A stretch of 64,000 nucleotides of DNA from the NCBI GenBank assembly GCA_001816585.1, contig MHCJ01000003.1:348228-412227 (forward strand), read 5' to 3'. Source of the DNA: Candidatus Chisholmbacteria bacterium RIFCSPHIGHO2_01_FULL_52_32. GTDB lineage: Bacteria > Patescibacteriota > Microgenomatia > UBA1400 > Chisholmbacteraceae. Shown one piece after another: positions 53,759 through 63,414 of this stretch. Numbering within the stretch: the stretch's first letter is position 1; every line of letters starts with the position of its first letter. Under the pieces are notes generated by a model, which saw only the letters and a program-made list of their open reading frames with translations, searched no databases and had not been told where the DNA came from. A program made the translations under genes and the position numbers.

Positions 53759-54587
53759 GACTTCTCCCGAAGAGCATACTGATGATTCCGAGATTGGTTG
53801 CGAAATCCACCACGACTTTAAAGGGTAAGAATGACGGGGATTTGTACCGGATGGCCTTGACAAGACCCACAACCAAGGAGAGTGGGAGTGAGGCTCTGAC
53901 GAGGGCGAGAAGACTGCCAACGATCCCGAGTTTGTAAGGTCTTTTTGCCATCCAACGGGCTTGGGAAAATACCTCCCGGAGCGTCTCCGGGTTGCTGTGG
54001 TAGAAGACTGCCCCTTCGGCATGCGTTGCGGGGATGCCGAGTTTTTGGGAAAGCGTCCAGTCATCGGTGTAGCCTGCCTTCGGGTTAAACCCTCCGGCTT
54101 CAAGAAACTTCTCCTTGCGGATGGCACGAAATACCGGCTGGGTATCCGGATAATTCTTCGGATGCATTCTCCCCTCTGCAAAACCTCTGTTTAAGGACCA
54201 ATAGCGCGCAAAGCGGTTATTCAGGTTGGAAACGATTTCTTCTTTGCTGAAGGTGCCGACTGTTTTTCCGTCTCGGATCGGTGCGCTGAGGCGGTCGATA
54301 AATCTGCGGTCAAACGTCATATCCGCATCGACAAATACCAGGATTTCTCCGCGGGCTTTCATTGCCCCTTTGTTTCTGGCTGCACCCGGCCCACGATGAT
54401 CCTGTTTGACGAGCCGAATGCCTTTTTGGGTTTTGAGTATCTTTTCCGTCCTGTCGGTCGAGCCGTCGTCCACCACTATTATTTCCAGAGGTTTGTAGGT
54501 TTGGTTGTTGAGGGAGGATAGACATTCCCCGATCACCTTCTCCTCGTTGTATGCCGGAATCACGACTGAAACGAACGGGTTATTCAC
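53748..54587 (-). CDS. GT2 glycosyltransferase of the polyprenol-phosphate sugar synthase (DPM1/Ppm1-like) type
   Basis: VSVVIPAYNEEKVIGECLSSL, IIVVDDGSTDRT, FVDADMT (DxD). About 280 aa, typical size for polyprenyl-P-mannose/glucose synthases that supply GT-C enzymes. Confidence 0.75.
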   Translation of the reverse strand: MNNPFVSVVIPAYNEEKVIGECLSSLNNQTYKPLEIIVVDDGSTDRTEKILKTQKGIRLVKQDHRGPGAARNKGAMKARGEILVFVDADMTFDRRFIDRLSAPIRDGKTVGTFSKEEIVSNLNNRFARYWSLNRGFAEGRMHPKNYPDTQPVFRAIRKEKFLEAGGFNPKAGYTDDWTLSQKLGIPATHAEGAVFYHSNPETLREVFSQARWMAKRPYKLGIVGSLLALVRASLPLSLVVGLVKAIRYKSPSFLPFKVVVDFATNLGIISMLFGRSRAK

Positions 54588-54663
54588 GGATTTACCTCTC
54601 TCGAGTACGCCGTTGCAGCAAAAGATGGTACTGTTGAGACCATGTTACCACCAAAGATAGCTA

Positions 54664-55845
54664 TCACTTTCCATCCTCAAGAGAGGTGAGGATGCGTTGA
54701 TACGCCTGTTTGACCTTCGTCCAGCGGAATTTGGAAAAGGCGGAGCCGATGGCCGCTTTTGTTTTTTCTTCATTCTCGCTTCCGAGGGTCCGGCTAAGCG
54801 CATTTCGGTAGGCAAGGCTTACCGTCGGATCACAGAATACCCCGGCTCCTTCGAGCATCCAGCGATTCCGCGGCGTGTCCGTGGTAACGACAAGTTTGCC
54901 TGCCGCCAAGCTTTCAAGAAATACCATGGGTGAATTCTCCTGAGGGTCAGAGGGAAGAGTTACCAGATCACAGGCGGCGTAGAAGGAAGGCATACGATTA
55001 TGGGAAACACTCGTCAGTAAAAAACGCTTTCCCAGTTTTTTTCTTCCCAAAGCGAGAAGTTTATCCTCAAGCGGCCCTTGCCCCAAAACAAGCAGGCTTG
55101 CGTCCTTCAACCCTGAAACCGCCTCGATTGCAAGCTCAATGCGTTTGTAGGGAACCAGCGCTGCCGGACAGAGGATGATCGGTTTTGATAACGGGAGGGT
55201 TTCCGGTTTGGCCGCCTGATATGGCCTATCGTCTATTGCATACGGGATAAGCTCCACCCGAGTCCACGGACAGGTGCTTTTTGCCCATTCGTAGGCAGGC
55301 ATCGTGGTTGCCACAAAGACATTTGGGTGGAGATAGAGGTTGAAGCGTTCATCCCAACCCGGTCCGGAGTGGCCGGTTGTAAGGATTTTGTAATTCCCGA
55401 AGGGTGGGCAGAGCATGAGAAGAAAGAGCTGCCAAAATCCGTTCATGGGGATGACAACCTCGAAACTTTCTCTGGTGAGCCTTGGTATTACTTTCCGGGT
55501 GAAGGAAAATATTGCCCGATTCGCTTCGTCCAAGAATAGTCTTTTGAGAAGATTATCTGGAAATCGAGCCGGAAAGGACGATTGAGGCTGGACGGCAGGG
55601 CTCTCGATCCTGTTCACGGTAATGTGCTCTTCACTGGTCTTCTGTCCTGCTTGGAAAAAGACGACCTCATGGTTTTCCGAGAGGCGGTTTGCAAGTTCAT
55701 GGCTAAAAGATTCTGCACCCCGTTGGTTGATGCCTCCGTAGATATTTAAGAAAGCAATCTTCATGGAACGATCTTTCTTTTCAGTGCCCGTAACGGAGTT
55801 GCGACCAGCGCCATAAGTCTGTCTTTCGTTGAGAACTTTATCCAA
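54664..55845 (-). CDS. glycosyltransferase family 4-like (GT-B); start probably the internal MKIAFLN
   Basis: GT-B fold, C-terminal VFLESLAAGKLVV motif. Confidence 0.65.
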   Translation of the reverse strand: MDKVLNERQTYGAGRNSVTGTEKKDRSMKIAFLNIYGGINQRGAESFSHELANRLSENHEVVFFQAGQKTSEEHITVNRIESPAVQPQSSFPARFPDNLLKRLFLDEANRAIFSFTRKVIPRLTRESFEVVIPMNGFWQLFLLMLCPPFGNYKILTTGHSGPGWDERFNLYLHPNVFVATTMPAYEWAKSTCPWTRVELIPYAIDDRPYQAAKPETLPLSKPIILCPAALVPYKRIELAIEAVSGLKDASLLVLGQGPLEDKLLALGRKKLGKRFLLTSVSHNRMPSFYAACDLVTLPSDPQENSPMVFLESLAAGKLVVTTDTPRNRWMLEGAGVFCDPTVSLAYRNALSRTLGSENEEKTKAAIGSAFSKFRWTKVKQAYQRILTSLEDGK

Positions 55846-56567
55846 GGAGAGGGAACGATAGACGGACGTGCTGCAAAGAAGATATCCGGAAGCTCGCTTC
55901 GGTTGGCTTTGGTTCCGATCTCGAGTTTGTACTTCTTCTTTCGGTCAATAACTTCAGTGTCGGATGAGGTTCGAAGGAGGTGAGTCACATGCCAGTAGGC
56001 AACGTCCACAAACGCAAGGTGGTCGTCTTGGCCGTTTAAGGGATTTCCTTTTCCGTCGCAGTAGGCTTCGTTCGGGTACACGCCCTGCCAACGGAACCCC
56101 GGAAGTTTCCTGTAGGCGCGGATGGTCAGATGTCCTTTCCTCCCGAGCAGCTCGTACCTTCCCGCTTCCTCCGGTTGGAAGTGCCAGACGTCGCCGACGC
56201 AATTTCTGGTGCGGACAACGATACCCCAGACCTCTGCGGGGGCTGTTTCAATCGCGGCGGCGAGTTTGGCCAAGGCTGGCTTCGGCCAGATTTCATCCCC
56301 GTCTACCAAAAGGAACCAATCCGTCTTTGTCCTCTTAAGCATCTCATTTCGCAAATTGACGAGCTCTTCCCTGGATCCGGCTTCCCTCTCCTCCACCACC
56401 AGCTTATTTGCGCGTATTGTTTTTAGTATGTCAAGCGTTCTGTCGCTTGATCCGGTATCAACAACCAACACTCCGTCTACCGCCGGCAAAACCGATTGCA
56501 CGGCAAACCAAATCCAACGTTCCTCATTCTTCACCAACATGTGAGCGGTGATGCTTGTCTTTTCCAT
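55761..56567 (-). CDS. glycosyltransferase family 2-like (GT-A)
   Basis: ITAHMLVKNEERWI, VVDTGSSDRT, LLVDGDEIW (DxD-like). Confidence 0.6.
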   Translation of the reverse strand: MEKTSITAHMLVKNEERWIWFAVQSVLPAVDGVLVVDTGSSDRTLDILKTIRANKLVVEEREAGSREELVNLRNEMLKRTKTDWFLLVDGDEIWPKPALAKLAAAIETAPAEVWGIVVRTRNCVGDVWHFQPEEAGRYELLGRKGHLTIRAYRKLPGFRWQGVYPNEAYCDGKGNPLNGQDDHLAFVDVAYWHVTHLLRTSSDTEVIDRKKKYKLEIGTKANRSELPDIFFAARPSIVPSPWIKFSTKDRLMALVATPLRALKRKIVP

Positions 56568-56568
56568 T

Positions 56569-57846
56569 TTAGCTCCTGCGAAGGCGATAGACGGTGTAAC
56601 TTGCGAGGATCCCGAGGCAAAGAAACTGGGTAATGAGAAATGCCAAGGCTGAACCCGATTCTCCCAAGCGAGGAACCAAGATGAGGTTTGCCGTCACGAC
56701 GATGGCTAATTGAACCAGTGCGATAATGGCAAAGAGTTTGGTTTTTGCGAAGTAATACAAGAGAATTGCGGTAAACGGAGCTTGGAAGAAGAAGGCTGCG
56801 TAGCCGAGAAACAGGATGCGAAGCACAGGTACGGACGGGGCATACGCGCTCCCGTAGAAGAGTTGAATGATGAGTCTTGAGAACGGAAGAAACGCCAGCA
56901 TCCCAATGGTCAGCGCACCGAGTGCGACGATTGCTTTTTTGACATAGGTTTTGGCGGTGCGGTCTTCCTGGAAGGTCGAAAAGCGCGGGGCAAGGACCGT
57001 GGCAAGGGAACCTGCCAAGTACTGGACCGGAGCGAAAAGCCTGAAGGCTGCGGCATAGTACCCAACTGATGCTGTCCCCGCGAGATTCCCGAGGATGAAA
57101 TTGTCGATCCGGCCAGCCACCGCCGCAAGGGCGAAACCCACGGTGAGGGGGAGATTGTAACCGAAAAGTTTTCGGGCGATCTTGAGATCACCTTTTGTTT
57201 TGAGAAAGGCCGTCGGCGCCATAAAGAGAAGGGGAATGGTTGCCAGCGGGATGACGAAGAAGTACACCACAAGTGCGGATACTGTCCCGAGGCTTAAGAA
57301 GAGGAGGAGGCCCAAGATCCCGAGCATCCGAAGCAAAGGAAGAAGAACCATACCTATCCCTGCTTTCACAAACTCCTTGCGTGCCTGAAGGTGCGCAAGG
57401 CTGAAGGTGTACAACAGCTGAAGACCCGTTCCCAGACCGGTGAGGGAAAGGATTTGAGGCATTGCCTTCCCAAAGGCGATCATTGAAAGCGGAGCGGCAA
57501 ATATGGACGAGAGCAAAATGAACCCTAAGCCGATGGCGAGCTTCACCTTGAGGATTAACTTGAGATACTTCTCTTCCTCGCCGTCAGTTTTTTCAATTTC
57601 GGCGGCGACAAAGCGGACCAGAGAAGAGTTGAGGGCTATGTCGAAAATATCGGCGAGCATAAAGCTTAAAGCGGTAGCCAGCGAGAAGATGCCGAAGTTC
57701 TCCGGCCCCAAGAGACGGGCTGCGAGAATAAAGAAGACCGCCGCAAGGAGCGCTCCTCCGCCTGTTGCGACCGTCGTTACCATGGTATCTTTTGCGGTTT
57801 GGGTTTTAAGGAGTGGAATCAGTTTCCGGTACATCAAGAGCCTCAA
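56569..57846 (-). CDS. Wzx-like polysaccharide flippase (MOP superfamily)
   Basis: About 12-14 TM helices with charged residues and proline in the helices; location inside a glycan cluster. Confidence 0.6.
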   Translation of the reverse strand: MRLLMYRKLIPLLKTQTAKDTMVTTVATGGGALLAAVFFILAARLLGPENFGIFSLATALSFMLADIFDIALNSSLVRFVAAEIEKTDGEEEKYLKLILKVKLAIGLGFILLSSIFAAPLSMIAFGKAMPQILSLTGLGTGLQLLYTFSLAHLQARKEFVKAGIGMVLLPLLRMLGILGLLLFLSLGTVSALVVYFFVIPLATIPLLFMAPTAFLKTKGDLKIARKLFGYNLPLTVGFALAAVAGRIDNFILGNLAGTASVGYYAAAFRLFAPVQYLAGSLATVLAPRFSTFQEDRTAKTYVKKAIVALGALTIGMLAFLPFSRLIIQLFYGSAYAPSVPVLRILFLGYAAFFFQAPFTAILLYYFAKTKLFAIIALVQLAIVVTANLILVPRLGESGSALAFLITQFLCLGILASYTVYRLRRS

Positions 57847-59323
57847 CGCTTATTGTACCAGAGATATCGGAGATCGTGACTGCCTTCTCTGGGAGTTCCC
57901 TCGGCAATCTTCGTTCGTAGAGCCAGAGGAATTGCGGATCAAGGTAGCTCTGGACGGGTTCTCTCTTAAGATAACTGAATAAATACCGGTATCCGTAGAG
58001 TCGGCAGGGATCATCGCTTTCAACCGAGAGTGAGAACGGCTCGTTTCCGGCCATGGCAATCGCCTTCTCCACCGCTTCCCGCTTGCGTGAGAAACCGTCG
58101 CTGTGACGTGCCGTCAGGAAGGCGCGAACATTAAGGGCAACTACGACCATCACCGCCCCCAGAACAATCCATCCTGACCTCCCCGATTTCTTGAGGATAG
58201 TTTGGGTCAAGGCCCCGATGGCGAGGAATACTGCGGGAAAACCCGGCAAAAAGTAGTACTCGCTCAGCTGTCCAGGGTACCAACTCGACTCAGGAGCCCG
58301 CATTCTGTACCAGGCGAGGGAGAGGACGTTTAAGAGGAGCGTTGCCAGCAGCAGCCGATATGAAGTTTCTTTCCGTTTGGTCAAAAGAAAAAGGATGCCT
58401 GACAGGGCAATTCCTTCGGCGAGCAAAGGGGGTGAAGACCTGGTCCCGGCGTAGGCCGGGCAAAGGGTCAGTTCATACGCGATGTCGCGGTTCGGAGGCA
58501 TGTAGACTAATCTGCCCAAGGTTGTGAGGGTCAGTTTCCCGACTTCGGATGAGGCTTGCAGGAAACCGATGGAAGATGGTGCTTGAATAAGCATTCTCTG
58601 CAGGGCCTTGGCGTTGGTAAACCCGTGGCGGAGTTCAAACAACACAAGCGGTGCTTGAAAGACGGTAAACAGGATGATCGCGCCGACGATATCCCGTTTT
58701 GCGACGGGCAATCTGAAAGAAAGCCAGCTTACCACCACCAATAGCAGAAGGACGCCGCTGGTCATGTGGGCGTGAAAGGCGATTGCCAGTGCGATCGCCA
58801 ATAGATAGGCCCATTTGTAGCTTCTTTGCGATATTTTAAACAGACAATAGATGGTAACGAGTGATAAAAGCGGAATGGGTGAAGCGTTCCAGTACTTCCG
58901 GTCGTAGAGGACCATCAGGAAGGAACCTGCGGAAAACAGGGCTGCAAAAAGCCCGGTTCTGCGGTCAAACAGTGTTTTCCCGACCACGAATGTCGCAAGA
59001 GTTGTCGCGACACCCATCGCAGAAACAATTGCCGCGATCCCAACCGGATTTCCCCCCGCCACAAAAAACGGGATTGCCATAAGCCAGACAAACAACGGCC
59101 CCGAATAGAGCCCTGTTCCCGATATGTGCCCTCCGATAAGCGGAAGGTGATAGCCCGTTGCGACGTTGAACGGAAGGTATGACCAAAACTCCTCGTCCAT
59201 CGTCCAATGGAAAAGTTCCGTAAGCTTTGAAAACCTGAGGAAAACAGCCAGAAGGAGGATAACGATCAGAGGAAGAACGCTTCCCGTTCTTTCCTTATGC
59301 GTCTTCTTTTTTGGCTTTTTCAT
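57806..59323 (-). CDS. PMT_2/ArnT-like GT-C membrane glycosyltransferase
   Basis: N-terminal TM then HWTMDEEFWSYLPF (DE motif); polytopic, 505 aa. Confidence 0.65.
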   Translation of the reverse strand: MKKPKKKTHKERTGSVLPLIVILLLAVFLRFSKLTELFHWTMDEEFWSYLPFNVATGYHLPLIGGHISGTGLYSGPLFVWLMAIPFFVAGGNPVGIAAIVSAMGVATTLATFVVGKTLFDRRTGLFAALFSAGSFLMVLYDRKYWNASPIPLLSLVTIYCLFKISQRSYKWAYLLAIALAIAFHAHMTSGVLLLLVVVSWLSFRLPVAKRDIVGAIILFTVFQAPLVLFELRHGFTNAKALQRMLIQAPSSIGFLQASSEVGKLTLTTLGRLVYMPPNRDIAYELTLCPAYAGTRSSPPLLAEGIALSGILFLLTKRKETSYRLLLATLLLNVLSLAWYRMRAPESSWYPGQLSEYYFLPGFPAVFLAIGALTQTILKKSGRSGWIVLGAVMVVVALNVRAFLTARHSDGFSRKREAVEKAIAMAGNEPFSLSVESDDPCRLYGYRYLFSYLKREPVQSYLDPQFLWLYERRLPRELPEKAVTISDISGTISVEALDVPETDSTP

Positions 59324-60038
59324 TTTGGGACAGCAGGAAGGCGGTGAATTCGTCGTTCAGCCACCCCTGAATGATTTCGGCATTGGGGACGACGCAATGG
59401 CCGCCGATTTCTCCGGGGAAATGATCAAGGATAGGCCGGCGGACATTGGGAAGGGTTCGCTCGTAGCCTTTGTTATAGATCTCGTTGAACTGCCGGTACA
59501 CTTCGTTGTGGTTTGCGCCGAGCTTTTTGCAAATCCGGTGGACGAACTTCTCAAAAATGATGTTCCATCCGTAGTAGGTGGTTTCCAGGATTTTGGCCAT
59601 TTCCGATTCCAAGGGCGAACGGAAGCGGATAGTTTTTACTCCCAACTGATTGAAATGTTTTGCCGCGGCGCGGTAGGCTCCTTCGTTGATCGGTCCTATG
59701 ACCTTGGGCATGGAAACGAGGTACCTGTACAGGTTCGGATGCTTGCCGACGATGGGCGCATGGACGATGGGGACTTTGGTCTTTTGGTAGATACCTTGTG
59801 TCGTACCCGGCTTCACGGTTGAATCGATAATGACCAGCTTCGGCCTCAGCTCCCTGATAGCCTCAATGACTATTGAAGGTAAATCGCTTGAGTATCCGAA
59901 GCATATGTGGAGGATGTCGATGGTTTTCCCTTTGAGCTCATCCCTTGATCGGTTCCGGCCATAGACCGTGTGCTTCTTCTTACAGAGCTTTATTATGGCG
60001 CTACCCACTTCGCCCAAACCGATCACTCCGATTGTCAT
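59295..60038 (-). CDS. truncated nucleotide-sugar dehydrogenase family protein (UDP-glucose/GDP-mannose dehydrogenase N-terminal and central domains only, 247 aa)
   Basis: Rossmann MTIGVIGLGEVGSAI, IIDSTVKPGTT (UDPGDH STVPxGTT motif), central-domain-like ESEMAKILETTYYGWNIIFEKFVHRICKKLGANHNEV. No C-terminal UDP-binding domain. Confidence 0.5.
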   Translation of the reverse strand: MTIGVIGLGEVGSAIIKLCKKKHTVYGRNRSRDELKGKTIDILHICFGYSSDLPSIVIEAIRELRPKLVIIDSTVKPGTTQGIYQKTKVPIVHAPIVGKHPNLYRYLVSMPKVIGPINEGAYRAAAKHFNQLGVKTIRFRSPLESEMAKILETTYYGWNIIFEKFVHRICKKLGANHNEVYRQFNEIYNKGYERTLPNVRRPILDHFPGEIGGHCVVPNAEIIQGWLNDEFTAFLLSQNEKAKKEDA

Positions 60039-61687
60039 TCCCTCTCCTTTCCTGTGGCGATGTATTTTGCCAGGAACCTACCCAAAAAAGCAAGATAGAG
60101 AATGAACCAGAGAATTAAGCCGATACCTTTAAAAAACCATGGTTTGTACTGGCTGGCTTGGATGACCAGTGTCCGAAGCGGCAACAATTGGTAGTAGCTC
60201 CCGAGCATTGTTTTTAGAGCGATGAAGTTTAAAAGAACCACAGCGATGACGGCGGCTTTCATGATCTTTTCCTTGTATTTTTCGTTAAGACTCCATAATC
60301 CAAAGGCGATAAGCGTCATGTGTCCGGCAAGGTTGGGGAAGAAATTCCTTCCCTGGATGCCGTGGGAAAATCCGATGGAACGGACGAGCATGTAGTCCCA
60401 AATAAGGACCCACAATGTATACCATAAACCCGAAAAGAGGAGAAGCCCGAGTTGCCAATCCACAACTTCTAATTTTTTCGTACTCAATTTTCCGATCACA
60501 TATTTGCAAAGACCGATGACCGAAAATAAGAGTCCCAGTTTAATTGCCCGAAGTACCGGAAGCGGGAGTACAACACCGAGCCAATTGAACACGCCAAAGT
60601 ACCACGGAAGCGTTTCACGGTAGAGCTGAGGAAGTTTTTGGGAGAGATATTGGACAATGGAGAGTGAGTATAACGGGCTTTCCGGAGACACCTGCGGCCA
60701 GTACGGCAGCACCCCGCTTTTTACCCATTCCCTCATAAAGACAATTCCGCCCAAAAGGATCGAAGCAGTGAGAAATACAATCAGCCGCGGCCCCATGTTT
60801 TTCAACTTCTTCTTTTTCAATCCTTCGTAAAGAAAGACTGCTATCGGAAGCGGGATAAAAGGATACATCAGCTGTTTGGTGAGGATCCCGAGCCCTAAGA
60901 CTGCGCCCATCGCCACAGTGTGCTTCATCGTGAGCCCTTTCCGCATGGCATCAACCATCAACCAGAGCAGCAATGTGGTAAAGAGGTTTAACAAATTGTC
61001 GTTATTCACCCCGGAGGAAAGGAAGGTAAACATCGGTTGAAAAGAAACCAGTGAAGCAATCGAAAGGGATAGCAAAAAGGATCTCGGAAATATTGCCCTG
61101 CTAAGCTTATATGATGCCCAAATGGTTGCGACCGCAAAGAACACGGAAATGATTCTGGTTAGGGCGACGCGGGCGAAAAGATTTCCGCCGTAACCTGCAA
61201 AGTAACCGAGAGCGCTTATGATGTAGAAAAGCGGCGGATAGCGGGCCGCCTCTCTTTTCATGAAAGTTGTGCGAGCTTCCCGAGGAGCGTAATCGAACAG
61301 TTTTTCAAATATCCCCGTGGTCGTCTGCGCGTATTCAATTCTGTACTCCGGATGATAGGTAAAGTTGTTTGCACCGGTTTCGTCCCGTAGTGTTCCCAAC
61401 AGCCGCTCCGACTCGAAAACCTCCAAAGAAAGATCATCCTCCGCGCTTAGCCCTTTTCGCACCTCGGCATAGTACTGCACTTGGGCAAAGTGGGCCTGTT
61501 CATCGGGACCGTGCCAAATGGGAATGCTTGCGGCCCACATGATGCCTTTGAAAAGGGTGGTTGAAAGAAGTAGAATGACAAGTGTCTTTTCTAATTTTTT
61601 CATCCATGATAGTATACCCCTTTCACTCCAGAATGTGCGCTTTGTAGGCTTATTCAGCCATATCGCACATCTGGATTTCGGAGGCAT
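60035..61687 (-). CDS. large polytopic membrane protein, GT-C-like (DUF2142-type PDE..H loop motif)
   Basis: N-terminal TM, then WHGPDEQAHFAQVQYY in the first extracytoplasmic loop; at least 12 TM helices. Confidence 0.45.
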   Translation of the reverse strand: MPPKSRCAIWLNKPTKRTFWSERGILSWMKKLEKTLVILLLSTTLFKGIMWAASIPIWHGPDEQAHFAQVQYYAEVRKGLSAEDDLSLEVFESERLLGTLRDETGANNFTYHPEYRIEYAQTTTGIFEKLFDYAPREARTTFMKREAARYPPLFYIISALGYFAGYGGNLFARVALTRIISVFFAVATIWASYKLSRAIFPRSFLLSLSIASLVSFQPMFTFLSSGVNNDNLLNLFTTLLLWLMVDAMRKGLTMKHTVAMGAVLGLGILTKQLMYPFIPLPIAVFLYEGLKKKKLKNMGPRLIVFLTASILLGGIVFMREWVKSGVLPYWPQVSPESPLYSLSIVQYLSQKLPQLYRETLPWYFGVFNWLGVVLPLPVLRAIKLGLLFSVIGLCKYVIGKLSTKKLEVVDWQLGLLLFSGLWYTLWVLIWDYMLVRSIGFSHGIQGRNFFPNLAGHMTLIAFGLWSLNEKYKEKIMKAAVIAVVLLNFIALKTMLGSYYQLLPLRTLVIQASQYKPWFFKGIGLILWFILYLAFLGRFLAKYIATGKERE

Positions 61688-61748
61688 TGTACACTATAAT
61701 GAATTTGCATATTTAAGTAAGATGAGTTAATATCAGCCATTCTTAAAT

Positions 61749-62711
61749 ATGAATAAAACAGCTTTAGTCACCGGGGGCGCAGGTTTTATCGGATCGCATT
61801 TATGCGATCGTCTGCTTTCGGAAGGAATGCAGGTTATCTGTGTTGATAACTTCATTACCGGAAATCGGGAAAATGTTTCCCATCTCCTCACGAATAAGAA
61901 TTTTCGATTGATTGAAGCGGATGTTTCCCAACCGACGGAGAAGTATCTTTCAAATATCCCTCGCGTCGACGAGATCTTCCACTTGGCAAGCCCGGCAAGC
62001 CCGCGCGGTTACCAGGATGCACCGGTAGAAACGTACCTTGTCAATTCGATCGGTACCCATTACCTGCTTCTGTTTGCGAAGAAGGCAGGCGCGAAGTTTC
62101 TGTTTGCTTCAACGAGCGAGGTCTACGGAGATCCGGAGAAGCATCCGCAACGGGAAGATTACTGGGGAAATGTCAATCCCCATGGAGTGAGGGCTTGTTA
62201 CGATGAAAGCAAACGGTTCGGAGAGATGGCAACAATGGTTTTCTTTCGGCAATTCGGGATGGATGTGCGTATGGTTCGTATTTTCAATACCTACGGACCG
62301 CGCATGGATCCGCGGGACGGCAGGGTGATCCCAAACTTCTTAACGCAGGCGCTTTCGGGAAAGCCGGTCACGGTGTACGGGGACGGTTCGCAAACCCGGA
62401 GTTTCTGCTATGTGTCCGACATGGTTGATGGGATTTTACGGGCGATGCAATTGCCAAAAACAAAAGGATTGGTTGTGAACATTGGGAATCCTGACGAATA
62501 CACGATGTTGACTCTTGCTAAGAAAATCAAACAAGCTCTCGGGAGTTCTTCCCGTATTATCTTCCGCAACCTTCCCGAGGATGACCCGACCCGCCGGAAG
62601 CCGGATATCTCACGGGCGAAACGGGTCTTAGGCTGGTCGCCGAAGGTTACCCTCGACGAGGGCCTTGTTCCTACCATCGCCTACTTCAAGAAGCAACTGC
62701 AACACAGCTAA
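61749..62711 (+). CDS. UDP-glucuronate decarboxylase (UDP-xylose synthase) / NAD-dependent epimerase-dehydratase
   Basis: [52 protein letters not shown] (catalytic YxxxK), [10 protein letters not shown]. Close to the UXS consensus along its whole length. Confidence 0.85.
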   Translation: MNKTALVTGGAGFIGSHLCDRLLSEGMQVICVDNFITGNRENVSHLLTNKNFRLIEADVSQPTEKYLSNIPRVDEIFHLASPASPRGYQDAPVETYLVNSIGTHYLLLFAKKAGAKFLFASTSEVYGDPEKHPQREDYWGNVNPHGVRACYDESKRFGEMATMVFFRQFGMDVRMVRIFNTYGPRMDPRDGRVIPNFLTQALSGKPVTVYGDGSQTRSFCYVSDMVDGILRAMQLPKTKGLVVNIGNPDEYTMLTLAKKIKQALGSSSRIIFRNLPEDDPTRRKPDISRAKRVLGWSPKVTLDEGLVPTIAYFKKQLQHS

Positions 62712-62858
62712 ACCTGCACTTAATTGCACTGTTTGCAATATTGAGTTTTTTGACTCAAACATTAATTCATATGAAGGCTTTTCGGGTTCAACCGAAAATT
62801 CTTTTTCACACTAGAATATGATATACTTTCGCAACTTATTCGCGCTCTAAGGTACCAT

Positions 62859-63218
62859 ATGCTAGAAGGTCTGAGAAATACCGCAGATGATATCGTTTTC
62901 CTCCTCCGTCATGATACAACGAAGGGGATAGTCCGGCAGGCGCAAGAAATTATTCGGAGAAATCAAATCCTCTTAGATGGTATGCTCGATTACGGACTTG
63001 TAACATCGGATCGACTTGAGGAGATTAGATGTGATGACGAGCTGCAAGGACGTTTTTCCTCTATTATGAAGAGTGCGCGTGACGGGGGGGACGCTGCCTT
63101 GGAGGCGCGTTTTGAAATCGCGTTACTTCCTCCTGACGAGTTTGCCGGATGGCTGGAGTATTACAAAACTTTCCACGAAAAACATTGGCATATTCACTTC
63201 CCCACTGATGAAGTGTAG
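62859..63218 (+). CDS. hypothetical protein (119 aa)
   Basis: ORF only; no recognisable motif. Confidence 0.35.
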   Translation: MLEGLRNTADDIVFLLRHDTTKGIVRQAQEIIRRNQILLDGMLDYGLVTSDRLEEIRCDDELQGRFSSIMKSARDGGDAALEARFEIALLPPDEFAGWLEYYKTFHEKHWHIHFPTDEV

Positions 63219-63414
63219 CATTGCTGGTGCCTTTTCGTTTATCTTGTTAGGCTTTCACTCCGATAGCAGTTCACCTCAATTCTGATTTCACTGGATTAAT
63301 GTATCCATCCGTTTGCAGCTTACGACCTGCGATCATTCCTGCGAGCCTCATAACACAGAGTCATGTTCCTGCTTGCATGCTTCCCTCTTGACTTAATGCC
63401 CTATAATGAGGCGT

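Noticed and set aside
53759-54181. N-terminal 140 aa of ORF 52367..54181
   Set aside because: This part overlaps the GT2 gene 53748..54587 in another frame and contains no TM or GT-C motif. The GT-C domain begins only after 53758, where a GTG start directly follows the GT2 stop. The upstream part was taken as read-through.
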